NCBI GenBank assembly: GCA_031266435.1
Contig: JAISAZ010000103.1
Location: forward strand, 16,119 to 80,118
Direction: 5' to 3'
Origin: Accumulibacter sp.
Lineage (GTDB): Bacteria; Pseudomonadota; Gammaproteobacteria; Burkholderiales; Rhodocyclaceae
DNA length: 64,000 bases
Shown here: positions 56,110 to 64,000 of the stretch, one piece after another
Numbering within the stretch: position 1 is the first letter of the stretch
Layout: every line of letters starts with the position of its first letter
Made by a program: the position numbers and the translations under genes
Notes under the pieces: model-generated
What the model was told of the DNA's origin: nothing
Seen by the model: the letters and a program-made list of their open reading frames with translations, nothing else
Database searches by the model: none

Positions 56110-56760
56110 ATCAGGAGACGGGAGACAGGAGACAGGAGACAGATGAAAACCGATCGGGAAGAACCGGTATGGGGGAGTGGGTTCTTGTAGGGGCACGGCA
56201 TGCCGTGCCCATCGGCGGTATGGCTTGGGCTGAACGGGTGTGAAGCCCAACGATTTCGCATACGTATGAATGACGGAACAAGATGGCAGGAATCAGATAA
56301 AAACCGATTTCAACCGCGAAAGGCGCGAAAGACGCGAAAGTGAAGTGTTTGCATAAATTTTCGCGCTTTTCGCGTGTTTCGTGGTTCTTGTTTCCTGATC
56401 GGGCACGGCACGCCGTGCCCCTACGCGCGAATCGACGACGCGCGGATGCTTGACGCCTCTTTTGCGGGAATGATGCCGAATCCTGAAATGGCTTGCGCTT
56501 CGCGCAAGCGAGGTGTTGGGCATCGCTGCGCTCACCCCAACCTATGCTTGGTGGGGTTTCGTCACTCCGGCGGCGAAGCCGCCGCTGACCGATCTGATTC
56601 CTGTCTCCTGATTCCTGATACCTGAAATGGCTTGCGCTTCGCGCAAGCGAGATGTTGGGCATCGCTCCGCTCACCCCAACCTATGCGTAGAGGGTGGGGT
56701 TTCGTCACTTCGGCGGCGAAGCCGCCGCTACCTTCTCTGTCTCCTGATCCCTGATCCCTG
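56110..56760. repeat. Mosaic repeat cluster C6 (largest)
   Basis: Heptamers, REP-B(+) 56187-56210, degenerate REP-A 56219-56251, inverted nonamer element 56312-56386, REP-B(-) 56401-56424, block 56430-56545 shared with 5693-5807, module F(-) 56567-56596, second hairpin + REP-A block 56621-56684, inverted heptamers to 56760. Confidence 0.9.
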
Positions 56761-57206
56761 GCGTGCGAGACGAGTTTGCCCAAGGCTGCGCGCAGCGCGG
56801 ATTCCGGCAGGGACTTCTGGAGTTCTTCGATCTCTTTTAGCGTTTCGAGGCTCAAGGGTTCTCGCGCGGGGAGGGGTGAATCTTTTTTTGTTTCAATGGG
56901 TTGCACTTTAATTTGAATGTCGTTACACTGATAACCGCGCCGGGAGAAGCCGTCGACGAGAGTTGGCGCCATCTGGCGTAGTTTGGACGCGGCGGCGTGG
57001 CTCGACGTGTGCAGGATGAGCTTTTCCGACTTGTAGTTGACCAGTTGGCTGATCAGTCCGAGTTGGGCGGGGACGATTTCCTGGTAGATGCGCGACAAGA
57101 GGGCGAGGCGCTTTGCGTGCGCGATTATTTTCCCGGCGTCGCTGATTTCCAGGAAACTCGACAGGGAGTCGGGTTTTGCGGGTGTTTTAAAGGGGAGAGT
57201 GTGCAT
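56562..57206 (-). CDS. DUF721/DciA-family protein with repeat-derived C-terminal extension
   Basis: L..IY.EIVP.QL..SQLVNYKSEKLILHTSSHAAASKLRQMAPTL..IQIKVQP; expected position between lpxC and M23/secA; the last ~65 aa are encoded by cluster C6. Confidence 0.75.
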   Translation of the reverse strand: MHTLPFKTPAKPDSLSSFLEISDAGKIIAHAKRLALLSRIYQEIVPAQLGLISQLVNYKSEKLILHTSSHAAASKLRQMAPTLVDGFSRRGYQCNDIQIKVQPIETKKDSPLPAREPLSLETLKEIEELQKSLPESALRAALGKLVSHARDQGSGDREGSGGFAAEVTKPHPLRIGWGERSDAQHLACAKRKPFQVSGIRRQESDRSAAASPPE

Positions 57207-58214
57207 ATCATTTTTGTGCCGAGCCGGGCGGCGGCGACCAAGAAGATTTCCATTTTACCATGGCAAATTTGCAGTTTCGTCGTGGGTTTCGTCACGCTTT
57301 CCGTCGCGCTGTCCTTCTTTTGCTCGTGGCTCAGCGTGTATTTCAAGCTGCCTTTCGTTCAGAATATGGTCACGAGCGCTCAGGAGACTCGTGACCGCGA
57401 AATCGAGGACTATACGCGGGACAACATCAAGTCGATGGCCGTCCGCCTGGGTGAGATGCAGGCGCAGTTGGTGCGCCTCGACCTGCTCGGCGAGCGCATT
57501 TCGAAAACATCGGGTGTTCCCTTCCTGAAGAACGACACCAAGGTTCCCGCCGAGATAGATTCGAAGAGCGACGCGGGCGCCGAGGCGAAGGACGCCGCGC
57601 AGGGCGGCCCGCTCGTTCGCGTCTCGTCGCAGAAGTTCCTGGCGAATCTGCAACGTGACATCGACCGCCTGTCGGACGCGATCGCCCTGCAAAGCGACAA
57701 TCTCACGGTGCTCGAATCGCAACTCATCGAGCGGAGGATTCAGACGAGTCTTTTGCCGACGATTCCGCCGATCAACGCGCGTCCCGGGTCGAAGTTCGGG
57801 GTACGCGTCGACCCGATCAACGGCGCGATCGCGATGCACGAGGGGATCGACTTCGCCGCCGAGGTCGGGACGCCGATCGTCGCCGCCGCCGGAGGCGTCG
57901 TGACCTTCGCGTCCTTCCATCGCCAGTACGGGAACATGGTCGAAATCGACCACGGGAACGATTTTTCGTCGCGCTACGCGCATATGTCCAAACTCGAAGT
58001 CAAGCCGGGGCAGATCGTCAAGCGCAAGCAGGCGATCGGTTTCAGCGGGAACACGGGGCGGACGACGGGGCCGCACCTCCATTTTGAAGTGCGTTTCAAG
58101 GGCGTCGCGCAGAACCCGGCGCGTTTTCTTCAGATGAGAGAGAAAGAAGCTGACGCGATCGTGTCCGAGGGGCGCGTTCCGGCCACCTCGCCGGAGAAGA
58201 CGCCCGCCGGCTAA
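57201..58214 (+). CDS. M23-family metallopeptidase with N-terminal TM and coiled coil
   Basis: GTG start after AGGGGAG; HEGID and HLH zinc motifs, YGNMVEIDHG, GNTGRTTGPHLHFEV. Confidence 0.92.
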   Translation: MHIIFVPSRAAATKKISILPWQICSFVVGFVTLSVALSFFCSWLSVYFKLPFVQNMVTSAQETRDREIEDYTRDNIKSMAVRLGEMQAQLVRLDLLGERISKTSGVPFLKNDTKVPAEIDSKSDAGAEAKDAAQGGPLVRVSSQKFLANLQRDIDRLSDAIALQSDNLTVLESQLIERRIQTSLLPTIPPINARPGSKFGVRVDPINGAIAMHEGIDFAAEVGTPIVAAAGGVVTFASFHRQYGNMVEIDHGNDFSSRYAHMSKLEVKPGQIVKRKQAIGFSGNTGRTTGPHLHFEVRFKGVAQNPARFLQMREKEADAIVSEGRVPATSPEKTPAG

Positions 58215-58395
58215 ACTCGCGTCGCGTTCTCCGCCGACGCACGCTGAATTTGCGCGTATTTTTCCTGAAAACTTTCCGGCGGCGTGGGTCGCGGGTGCTT
58301 TTCCTGGCGGCGCACTCCGCCGTGCCGACGAATGAAATCCTTCGGTATGCCGGACGTGGTAGAATCACCCCTTTCACGTCTTGACAATCCCCAGA

Positions 58396-61107
58396 ATGAT
58401 CTCCGGTCTCCTCAGAAAGATTTTCGGCAGCCGCAATGACAGGCTGATTAAACGCTATTCCACGCTCGTCAAGCGGATCAATGCGCTGGAAGCCGGTGTC
58501 GCCGCGCTTTCCGACGAAGCCCTGCGCGGCAAAACGACGGAGTTCCGGGAACGGCTGGGCAAGGGCGAAACGCTCGACGGCCTCCTGCCCGAGGCTTTCG
58601 CCGTCGTCCGCGAGGCGGGTAAACGCGTCCTCGGCATGCGGCATTTCGACGTTCAGTTGATCGGCGGGATGGTTCTGCACGACGGAAAAATCGCTGAAAT
58701 GCGTACCGGCGAAGGCAAGACGCTCGTCGCGACCCTGCCCGCCTACCTGAACGCGCTCAACGGCGAGGGGGTGCACATCGTCACCGTCAACGATTACCTG
58801 GCGAGCCGCGACGCCGAGTGGATGGGGCGCCTGCATCGCTTCCTCGGCCTTTCCGTCGGGGTCATCCTGCCGCAGATGGAGTACAGTACCAAACAGGCGG
58901 CGTATGCTGCGGACATTACCTACGGGACGAACAACGAGTTCGGCTTCGATTACCTGCGCGACAACATGGTCTACGACGTTTCGCAGCGCTTTCAGCGCAG
59001 GCTGAGCTTCGGCATCGTCGATGAAGTCGATTCGATCCTGATCGACGAGGCGCGCACGCCGCTGATCATTTCCGGTCAGGCGGAGGATCATACCGACCTC
59101 TACGTGCGGATGAACCAGGTCGCGCCGATGCTTGACCGCTGCAAGGAAGAAGAGGGGCCGGGTGACTATTGGGTCGACGAGAAGAACCATCAGGTCCTTC
59201 TGACCGAGACGGGCTACGAACGCGCCGAGGAAATCCTCGCGCGCCTTGGTATCTTTCCGGCGGGTGCCAGCCTTTACGATGCGTCCAATATCCTGCTGAT
59301 CCACCATTTGTACGCCGCGTTGAAGGCGCACAGCCTGTTTCTCAAGGATCAGCAATACGTCGTCCAGAACGGCGAGGTCGTCATCGTCGATGAATTCACG
59401 GGGCGTCAGATGGTCGGGCGGCGTTGGTCCGACGGTCTTCATCAGGCCGTCGAGGCCAAGGAAGGCGTTTCGATCCAGAACGAAAACCAGACGCTCGCGT
59501 CGATCACCTTCCAGAATTATTTCCGTATGTACGGCAAACTGGCGGGGATGACGGGGACGGCCGATACCGAAGCCTACGAATTCCAGCAAATCTACAGTCT
59601 GGAAACCGTCGTGATCCCGACGCATCTGCCGATGATCCGGACCGACCACAACGACCAGGTCTTCCGCACGGCCAAGGAGAAATACAACGCGATCCTCGGC
59701 GATATCAAGGACTGCCGCGCGCGCGGGCAGCCGGTTCTCGTCGGGACGACGTCGATCGAAAATTCCGAGCTTCTTTCCAGGCTGCTCGACCGCGAAAAGC
59801 TCCCTCATCAGGTATTGAACGCAAAGCAGCACGCCAAGGAAGCCGAGATCGTGATGCAGGCCGGGATGCCGGGAATGATCACGATCGCGACGAATATGGC
59901 GGGGCGCGGCACCGACATCGTCCTCGGCGGGAGCATCGAAAAGCGGATCACGACGATCCAGGACGACGAGTCCCTCGACGCCGCGGAGAAGGAATCGCGC
60001 ATCGGCGTCCTGCGCGCCGAATGGCAAAAACTCCACGAAAAGGTCGTCGCGGCGGGCGGCCTGCATATCATCGGGTCCGAGCGCCACGAATCGCGGCGGA
60101 TCGACAACCAGCTTCGCGGGCGTTCGGGTCGCCAGGGCGACCCCGGTTCCTCGCGTTTTTATCTCGCGCTCGACGATCCCTTGCTTCGCATTTTTGCCGG
60201 CGACCGTCTGAAATCGATCATGGAACGGCTGAAGATGCCCGAAGGCGAGGCGATCGAGCATCCGCTGGTTTCGCGTTCGCTGGAGTCGGCGCAGAGAAAG
60301 GTCGAGGGGCATAATTTCGATATTCGGAAGCAGCTTCTGGAATACGACGACGTCGCCAACGACCAGCGCAAGGTCATCTACGCGCAGCGGAACGAATTGC
60401 TCGAAGCGGACGAGATTTCCGAGACGATCACGGCGATGCGCAGCCGCGTCCTGAACGATATTCTCCGACGCTACGTCCCGGCGGACAGCCTTGAGGAACA
60501 ATGGGAACTCCCGGCGCTCGAAATGGCGCTCGCCTCCGATTTGCAGCTTCGCGCGCCGGTCGTCGAGTGGTTCGAGAGCGAACCGTCGCTGACCGAAGAG
60601 GATATCTTCAATCGCATTTCCGAGCGCGCCGACGCGGAGTACCACGCGAAGGTCGAGCGTGTCGGTGTCGACGCCTTCCGGAAATTCGAGCGCGATGTCA
60701 TGCTCCAGAACCTCGATACGCGTTGGCGCGAACACCTGGCTTCGCTCGATTATCTGAGGCAGGGCATCCACCTGCGCGGCTACGCGCAAAAGAACCCGAA
60801 GCAGGAGTACAAACGCGAGGCGTTTGAATTGTTCGAGGGCTTGCTCGACAGCATTCGTTTCGACGTGACGCGCCTTCTGATGACGGTTCAAGTGCGTTCT
60901 TCCGAGGAGGTCGAAGAAGCGCCGCCGCCGCGCGCGAATGTTCAGAACGTCCAATACCACCACGCCGACTTCGAGGAAGCGCTTGAGGGCGACGCGGCGC
61001 CCGCGAAAAGTCAGCCGATGCGCGCCGGTCCGAAAGTCGGGCGGAACGACCCTTGCCCCTGCGGGTCGGGCAAGAAGTATAAACAGTGCCACGGGAAGCT
61101 GAATTGA
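58396..61107 (+). CDS. secA: Preprotein translocase ATPase SecA
   Basis: [48 protein letters not shown]-terminal [14 protein letters not shown]. Confidence 0.98.
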   Translation: MISGLLRKIFGSRNDRLIKRYSTLVKRINALEAGVAALSDEALRGKTTEFRERLGKGETLDGLLPEAFAVVREAGKRVLGMRHFDVQLIGGMVLHDGKIAEMRTGEGKTLVATLPAYLNALNGEGVHIVTVNDYLASRDAEWMGRLHRFLGLSVGVILPQMEYSTKQAAYAADITYGTNNEFGFDYLRDNMVYDVSQRFQRRLSFGIVDEVDSILIDEARTPLIISGQAEDHTDLYVRMNQVAPMLDRCKEEEGPGDYWVDEKNHQVLLTETGYERAEEILARLGIFPAGASLYDASNILLIHHLYAALKAHSLFLKDQQYVVQNGEVVIVDEFTGRQMVGRRWSDGLHQAVEAKEGVSIQNENQTLASITFQNYFRMYGKLAGMTGTADTEAYEFQQIYSLETVVIPTHLPMIRTDHNDQVFRTAKEKYNAILGDIKDCRARGQPVLVGTTSIENSELLSRLLDREKLPHQVLNAKQHAKEAEIVMQAGMPGMITIATNMAGRGTDIVLGGSIEKRITTIQDDESLDAAEKESRIGVLRAEWQKLHEKVVAAGGLHIIGSERHESRRIDNQLRGRSGRQGDPGSSRFYLALDDPLLRIFAGDRLKSIMERLKMPEGEAIEHPLVSRSLESAQRKVEGHNFDIRKQLLEYDDVANDQRKVIYAQRNELLEADEISETITAMRSRVLNDILRRYVPADSLEEQWELPALEMALASDLQLRAPVVEWFESEPSLTEEDIFNRISERADAEYHAKVERVGVDAFRKFERDVMLQNLDTRWREHLASLDYLRQGIHLRGYAQKNPKQEYKREAFELFEGLLDSIRFDVTRLLMTVQVRSSEEVEEAPPPRANVQNVQYHHADFEEALEGDAAPAKSQPMRAGPKVGRNDPCPCGSGKKYKQCHGKLN

Positions 61108-61724
61108 TGAAGATCGTTCATATCTCTACTATTGCCGCCATGCTTGCGTTGTCGGGATGCTCTGTTCTGAAGCACAATGTGAAACTCGAACAACCCACGG
61201 AAGGTCCCCGCGCGCGCGTCAGGGTGGTTGTTCCAGCCGTCTTCAACGCTTATCGAGGGGTGCGCGCTTTCCCGAACGTAGATTGCCTTCCCGATCTTAA
61301 CTCTCCCGGCAATGGGAATGTTGTTGGCCCCCAATTTGGGTTCGAGGAAAATTTGACGGGTCAGAAACTTGGTATGCCGGAGACACCGTTATCGGCTAGG
61401 GAAGACACCAAGCAAGCAGAGATTTTCGTGACTGCAGGACAGCCAATCGTGTTTCGTTACACCGGCTCTGCAATCGCAATCCGAAACGCCGGTACTAGAT
61501 TTGCCGTCGCTCATCTTTGCAGTTTTCCTGTCTCGTTCATTCCAGAAGCAGGTGCGGATTACGAATTGGAATTTGGCGGTCATGTCGATAGTTGCGTTTT
61601 CAGATTGTTGCGCTTGGACGCACCACTGACACAGCTTCAAGCCAATCGGGTCGATAAATGCGTGGTACGGCGGCGCTCTTCCTTTGACACGGTTGACACA
61701 GTTTCAAGTCCAGTGGGCCGATAA
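61107..61724 (+). CDS. Hypothetical lipoprotein (205 aa)
   Basis: ATG overlaps the secA stop; signal peptide with lipobox LSG-C; visibly lower GC than flanks. Confidence 0.75.
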   Translation: MKIVHISTIAAMLALSGCSVLKHNVKLEQPTEGPRARVRVVVPAVFNAYRGVRAFPNVDCLPDLNSPGNGNVVGPQFGFEENLTGQKLGMPETPLSAREDTKQAEIFVTAGQPIVFRYTGSAIAIRNAGTRFAVAHLCSFPVSFIPEAGADYELEFGGHVDSCVFRLLRLDAPLTQLQANRVDKCVVRRRSSFDTVDTVSSPVGR

Positions 61725-61807
61725 TTATGTAGGGTGGCGGCGCTCTTTATTTCAGTATCCATGAAGTAAAACCTGCCTTCTTCACTACTCGATCTGTCGT
61801 CAAAATT

Positions 61808-63046
61808 ATGACTGTTAATTACGCCACCCCGTCGCCGGCCGCGCTTTTCCCGGTCGACGGAGTCCGCTTGGGGACGGCCGAAGCCGCGATCCGTAAGCCC
61901 GACCATAAAGACTTGATGCTCCTGACGCTCGATCCGGGGAGCGTCGTCGCGGGTGTCTTCACGCAAAACCGCTTTTGTGCCGCGCCGGTTCTCGTCTGCC
62001 GCGCGCACCTCGAAGCCGCCGACCGCATCCGTGCGCTCGTGATCAATACCGGAAACGCGAACGCCGGAACGGGCGAGGCGGGGCTTTCCGCGGCGCTTTC
62101 CACCTGCGACGCGGTCGCCGGATTGCTCGGCGTTTCCAGAGACCAGGTACTGCCCTTTTCGACCGGCGTCATTCTCGAACCGCTTCCGGTCGACCGCCTC
62201 GTCGCCGCGCTCCCGCGCTGCGTGAGCGAGCTGTGCGCGGAGAACTGGCACGCGGCTGCGCACGCGATCATGACGACCGATACGGTCGCCAAGGCCGCTT
62301 CGCGCCGGATGGAAGTCTGTGGCAAGCGCGTGGTGATCACCGGGATCGCCAAGGGCGCGGGGATGATCCACCCCGATATGGCGACGATGCTCGGCTTTGT
62401 CGCAACCGACGCCGCGATTTCCGCGCCCTTGCTGCAAAAGCTCGTGCATGAGGCCGCCGACGAATCGTTCAACACGATCACCGTCGACGGCGACACGTCG
62501 ACGAACGACTCTTTCGTACTGATCGCGACCGGAAAATCGGGTGTCGCGTTCGCCGACGAAGGCGAGGAGGGCTACGCCGCGCTACGTTCCGCGATCGTCG
62601 CCGTTGCCGCCGAATTGGCGCAGGCGATCGTCCGCGACGCCGAGGGCGCGACGAAATTCATTACGCTCGCCGTCGAAGGCGGGAAAGATCGCGACGAGTG
62701 CCGCCGCGTCGCCTACGCGATCGGGCATTCACCGCTCGTCAAGACGGCTTTTTTCGCCTCTGACCCGAACCTCGGGCGGATACTCGCGGCGATCGGCTAC
62801 GCGGGGATACGCGACCTTGATGTCGATAAAGTCCGCGTCTGGCTCGCGGCGGAGAATGACGAAGTCCTCGTCGCCGAAAAAGGAGGGCGCGCGGTCGCGT
62901 ACCGCGAGGAAGACGGCGCGCGCGTCATGAAATCGGCGGAAATCACCGTCCGCGTCGACTTGGGGCGCGGTCAGGCCGCCGCAAAGGTGTATAGCTGCGA
63001 CCTATCCTGCGATTACGTGCGGATCAACGCGGATTACCGGAGCTGA
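61808..63046 (+). CDS. argJ: Ornithine acetyltransferase / N-acetylglutamate synthase ArgJ
   Basis: [61 protein letters not shown]. Confidence 0.97.
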   Translation: MTVNYATPSPAALFPVDGVRLGTAEAAIRKPDHKDLMLLTLDPGSVVAGVFTQNRFCAAPVLVCRAHLEAADRIRALVINTGNANAGTGEAGLSAALSTCDAVAGLLGVSRDQVLPFSTGVILEPLPVDRLVAALPRCVSELCAENWHAAAHAIMTTDTVAKAASRRMEVCGKRVVITGIAKGAGMIHPDMATMLGFVATDAAISAPLLQKLVHEAADESFNTITVDGDTSTNDSFVLIATGKSGVAFADEGEEGYAALRSAIVAVAAELAQAIVRDAEGATKFITLAVEGGKDRDECRRVAYAIGHSPLVKTAFFASDPNLGRILAAIGYAGIRDLDVDKVRVWLAAENDEVLVAEKGGRAVAYREEDGARVMKSAEITVRVDLGRGQAAAKVYSCDLSCDYVRINADYRS

Positions 63047-63093
63047 TTACAAGGGTCGCTTGTTTTCTGTCGCCTGCCTTGCGCCGGCCTTCT

Positions 63094-63840
63094 TCATGAC
63101 TTCTGGATCATGCGGCGGCGCGCTTCAAAGAGGCAAACACCGGCAGCGACCGAGACGTTGAGGCTTTGCACCGCGCCGGTCATCGGGATCGCGACGCATT
63201 GGTCGCAGGTCTCGCGCGTCAAGCGGCGCAAGCCGTCGCCTTCGGCGCCGAGCACCCACGCGACGGCGTTGGGCCATTTGGCCGCATACAGACTTTCTTT
63301 GGCTCCGCCGTCGGCGCCGACGACCCAAATACCGCGTTCCTTCAATTCGCGCAGCGTTCGCGCGAGGTTCGTTACCGTGATATACGGCATGGTCTCGGCC
63401 GCGCCGCTCGCCGCCTTGATCGCCGTCTGCGTCAGCCCGACGGCGCGATCCTTGGGTGCGATCACGGCGTGCGCGCCCGCGCCGTCGGCAACGCGCAGAC
63501 ACGCGCCGAGATTGTGCGGGTCCTGAATACCGTCGAGCACGAGCAAAAACGCGGGTTCTTCGAGCGTATCGAGAACATCGTCAAGAAAAACGGGACGCGC
63601 GTCAGCTTCGACGCGCGCGACGACTCCTTGATGGCGGGCCTCCGCGCCGGACATTCCATCGAGCCTCGCCGCGTCGACGGGGACGACGCGGCATCCGCTC
63701 GCTTCTGCGAGTTTCAGAAGGTCACGGACGCGCGAATCCTGCCGCGCCGCGTCGATGAAAATCTCGCGTACGCTCGCGGGTTTGTGGCGCAGACGCGCGA
63801 GGACGGCGTGAAATCCGTGGATGAAGCGTAAGTTCGGCAT
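63094..63840 (-). CDS. rlmB: 23S rRNA Gm2251 methyltransferase RlmB
   Basis: GFHAV, HQGVVA, LDGIQDPHNLGACLR, LGAEGDGLRRLT, IPM.G.VQSLNVSVA. Confidence 0.95.
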   Translation of the reverse strand: MPNLRFIHGFHAVLARLRHKPASVREIFIDAARQDSRVRDLLKLAEASGCRVVPVDAARLDGMSGAEARHQGVVARVEADARPVFLDDVLDTLEEPAFLLVLDGIQDPHNLGACLRVADGAGAHAVIAPKDRAVGLTQTAIKAASGAAETMPYITVTNLARTLRELKERGIWVVGADGGAKESLYAAKWPNAVAWVLGAEGDGLRRLTRETCDQCVAIPMTGAVQSLNVSVAAGVCLFEARRRMIQKS

Positions 63841-64000
63841 CGTTACTCAGGCGTCGTTAATGGGGGTGTGCATTGATTCATGAATTTAGCAAATTATTCT
63901 CGCGTGTCCATGTTCTGCAAGGAATACGATGAGCGTTCGCTTTCCATCGGTCGCCGCAGGCGATTGACGGCTGATTGGCGACCGATTGGTGGTCGATTGG

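Noticed and set aside
58096-61092. 998-aa antisense ORF over secA, and similar long ORFs opposite or frame-shifted within dcw, GT and fli genes
   Set aside because: Shadow ORFs expected in high-GC DNA; Arg/Ala/Pro-rich or mirror-codon composition and no family motifs.
1-64000. RAYT/IS200-like or other transposase, rRNA and tRNA genes
   Set aside because: No ORF with HUH/Y1 or DDE motifs was recognised and no rRNA or tRNA-like segment was seen by eye; tRNAscan/barrnap/ISEScan were not run, so small RNAs could be missed.

Overview
High-GC betaproteobacterial chromosome segment, most like Rhodocyclales (inferred from synteny, not from a database search). It has four blocks. (1) 1-5.4 kb: late flagellar operon (FlhB-C-like protein, fliK-like, fliT, fliS, fliD, flaG, a very short 265-aa fliC with a sigma-28 promoter). 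(2) 5.9-35 kb: a flagellin glycosylation island. It has two TPR glycosyltransferases (GT9-like and O-GlcNAc-transferase/GT41-like), a cysC + sulfotransferase-like pair, a 1488-aa methyltransferase-multi-GT protein, and a lower-GC acyl-assembly cassette (VioA-like aminotransferase, 2 ACP, 2 KAS III, 2 SDR, adenylation enzyme, GNAT-like, AAC(3)-like, NeuD-like). Its FkbM methyltransferase is frameshifted at a G14 tract. Inside the island sits a repeat-bounded insert: small membrane orphan, tcmP/DUF5131 pair, and an XRE regulator with twin operators. (3) 35-55 kb: a diguanylate cyclase, then the complete dcw cluster mraZ to ftsZ and lpxC. (4) 55-64 kb: truncated DUF1016 gene, DUF721/DciA, M23 peptidase, secA, an orphan lipoprotein, argJ, rlmB. 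The most unexplained structure is a family of mosaic intergenic repeat clusters at 1-25, 5421-5830, 10990-11535, 11822-12005, 14561-14595, 34926-35150, 55250-55518 and 56110-56760. They are assembled from shared modules (several REP-like hairpin classes, inverted heptamer and nonamer arrays, cGAAg mini-hairpins). They often abut stop codons, bracket accessory genes, truncate one gene and extend two others. No transposase, rRNA, tRNA or CRISPR array was recognised.
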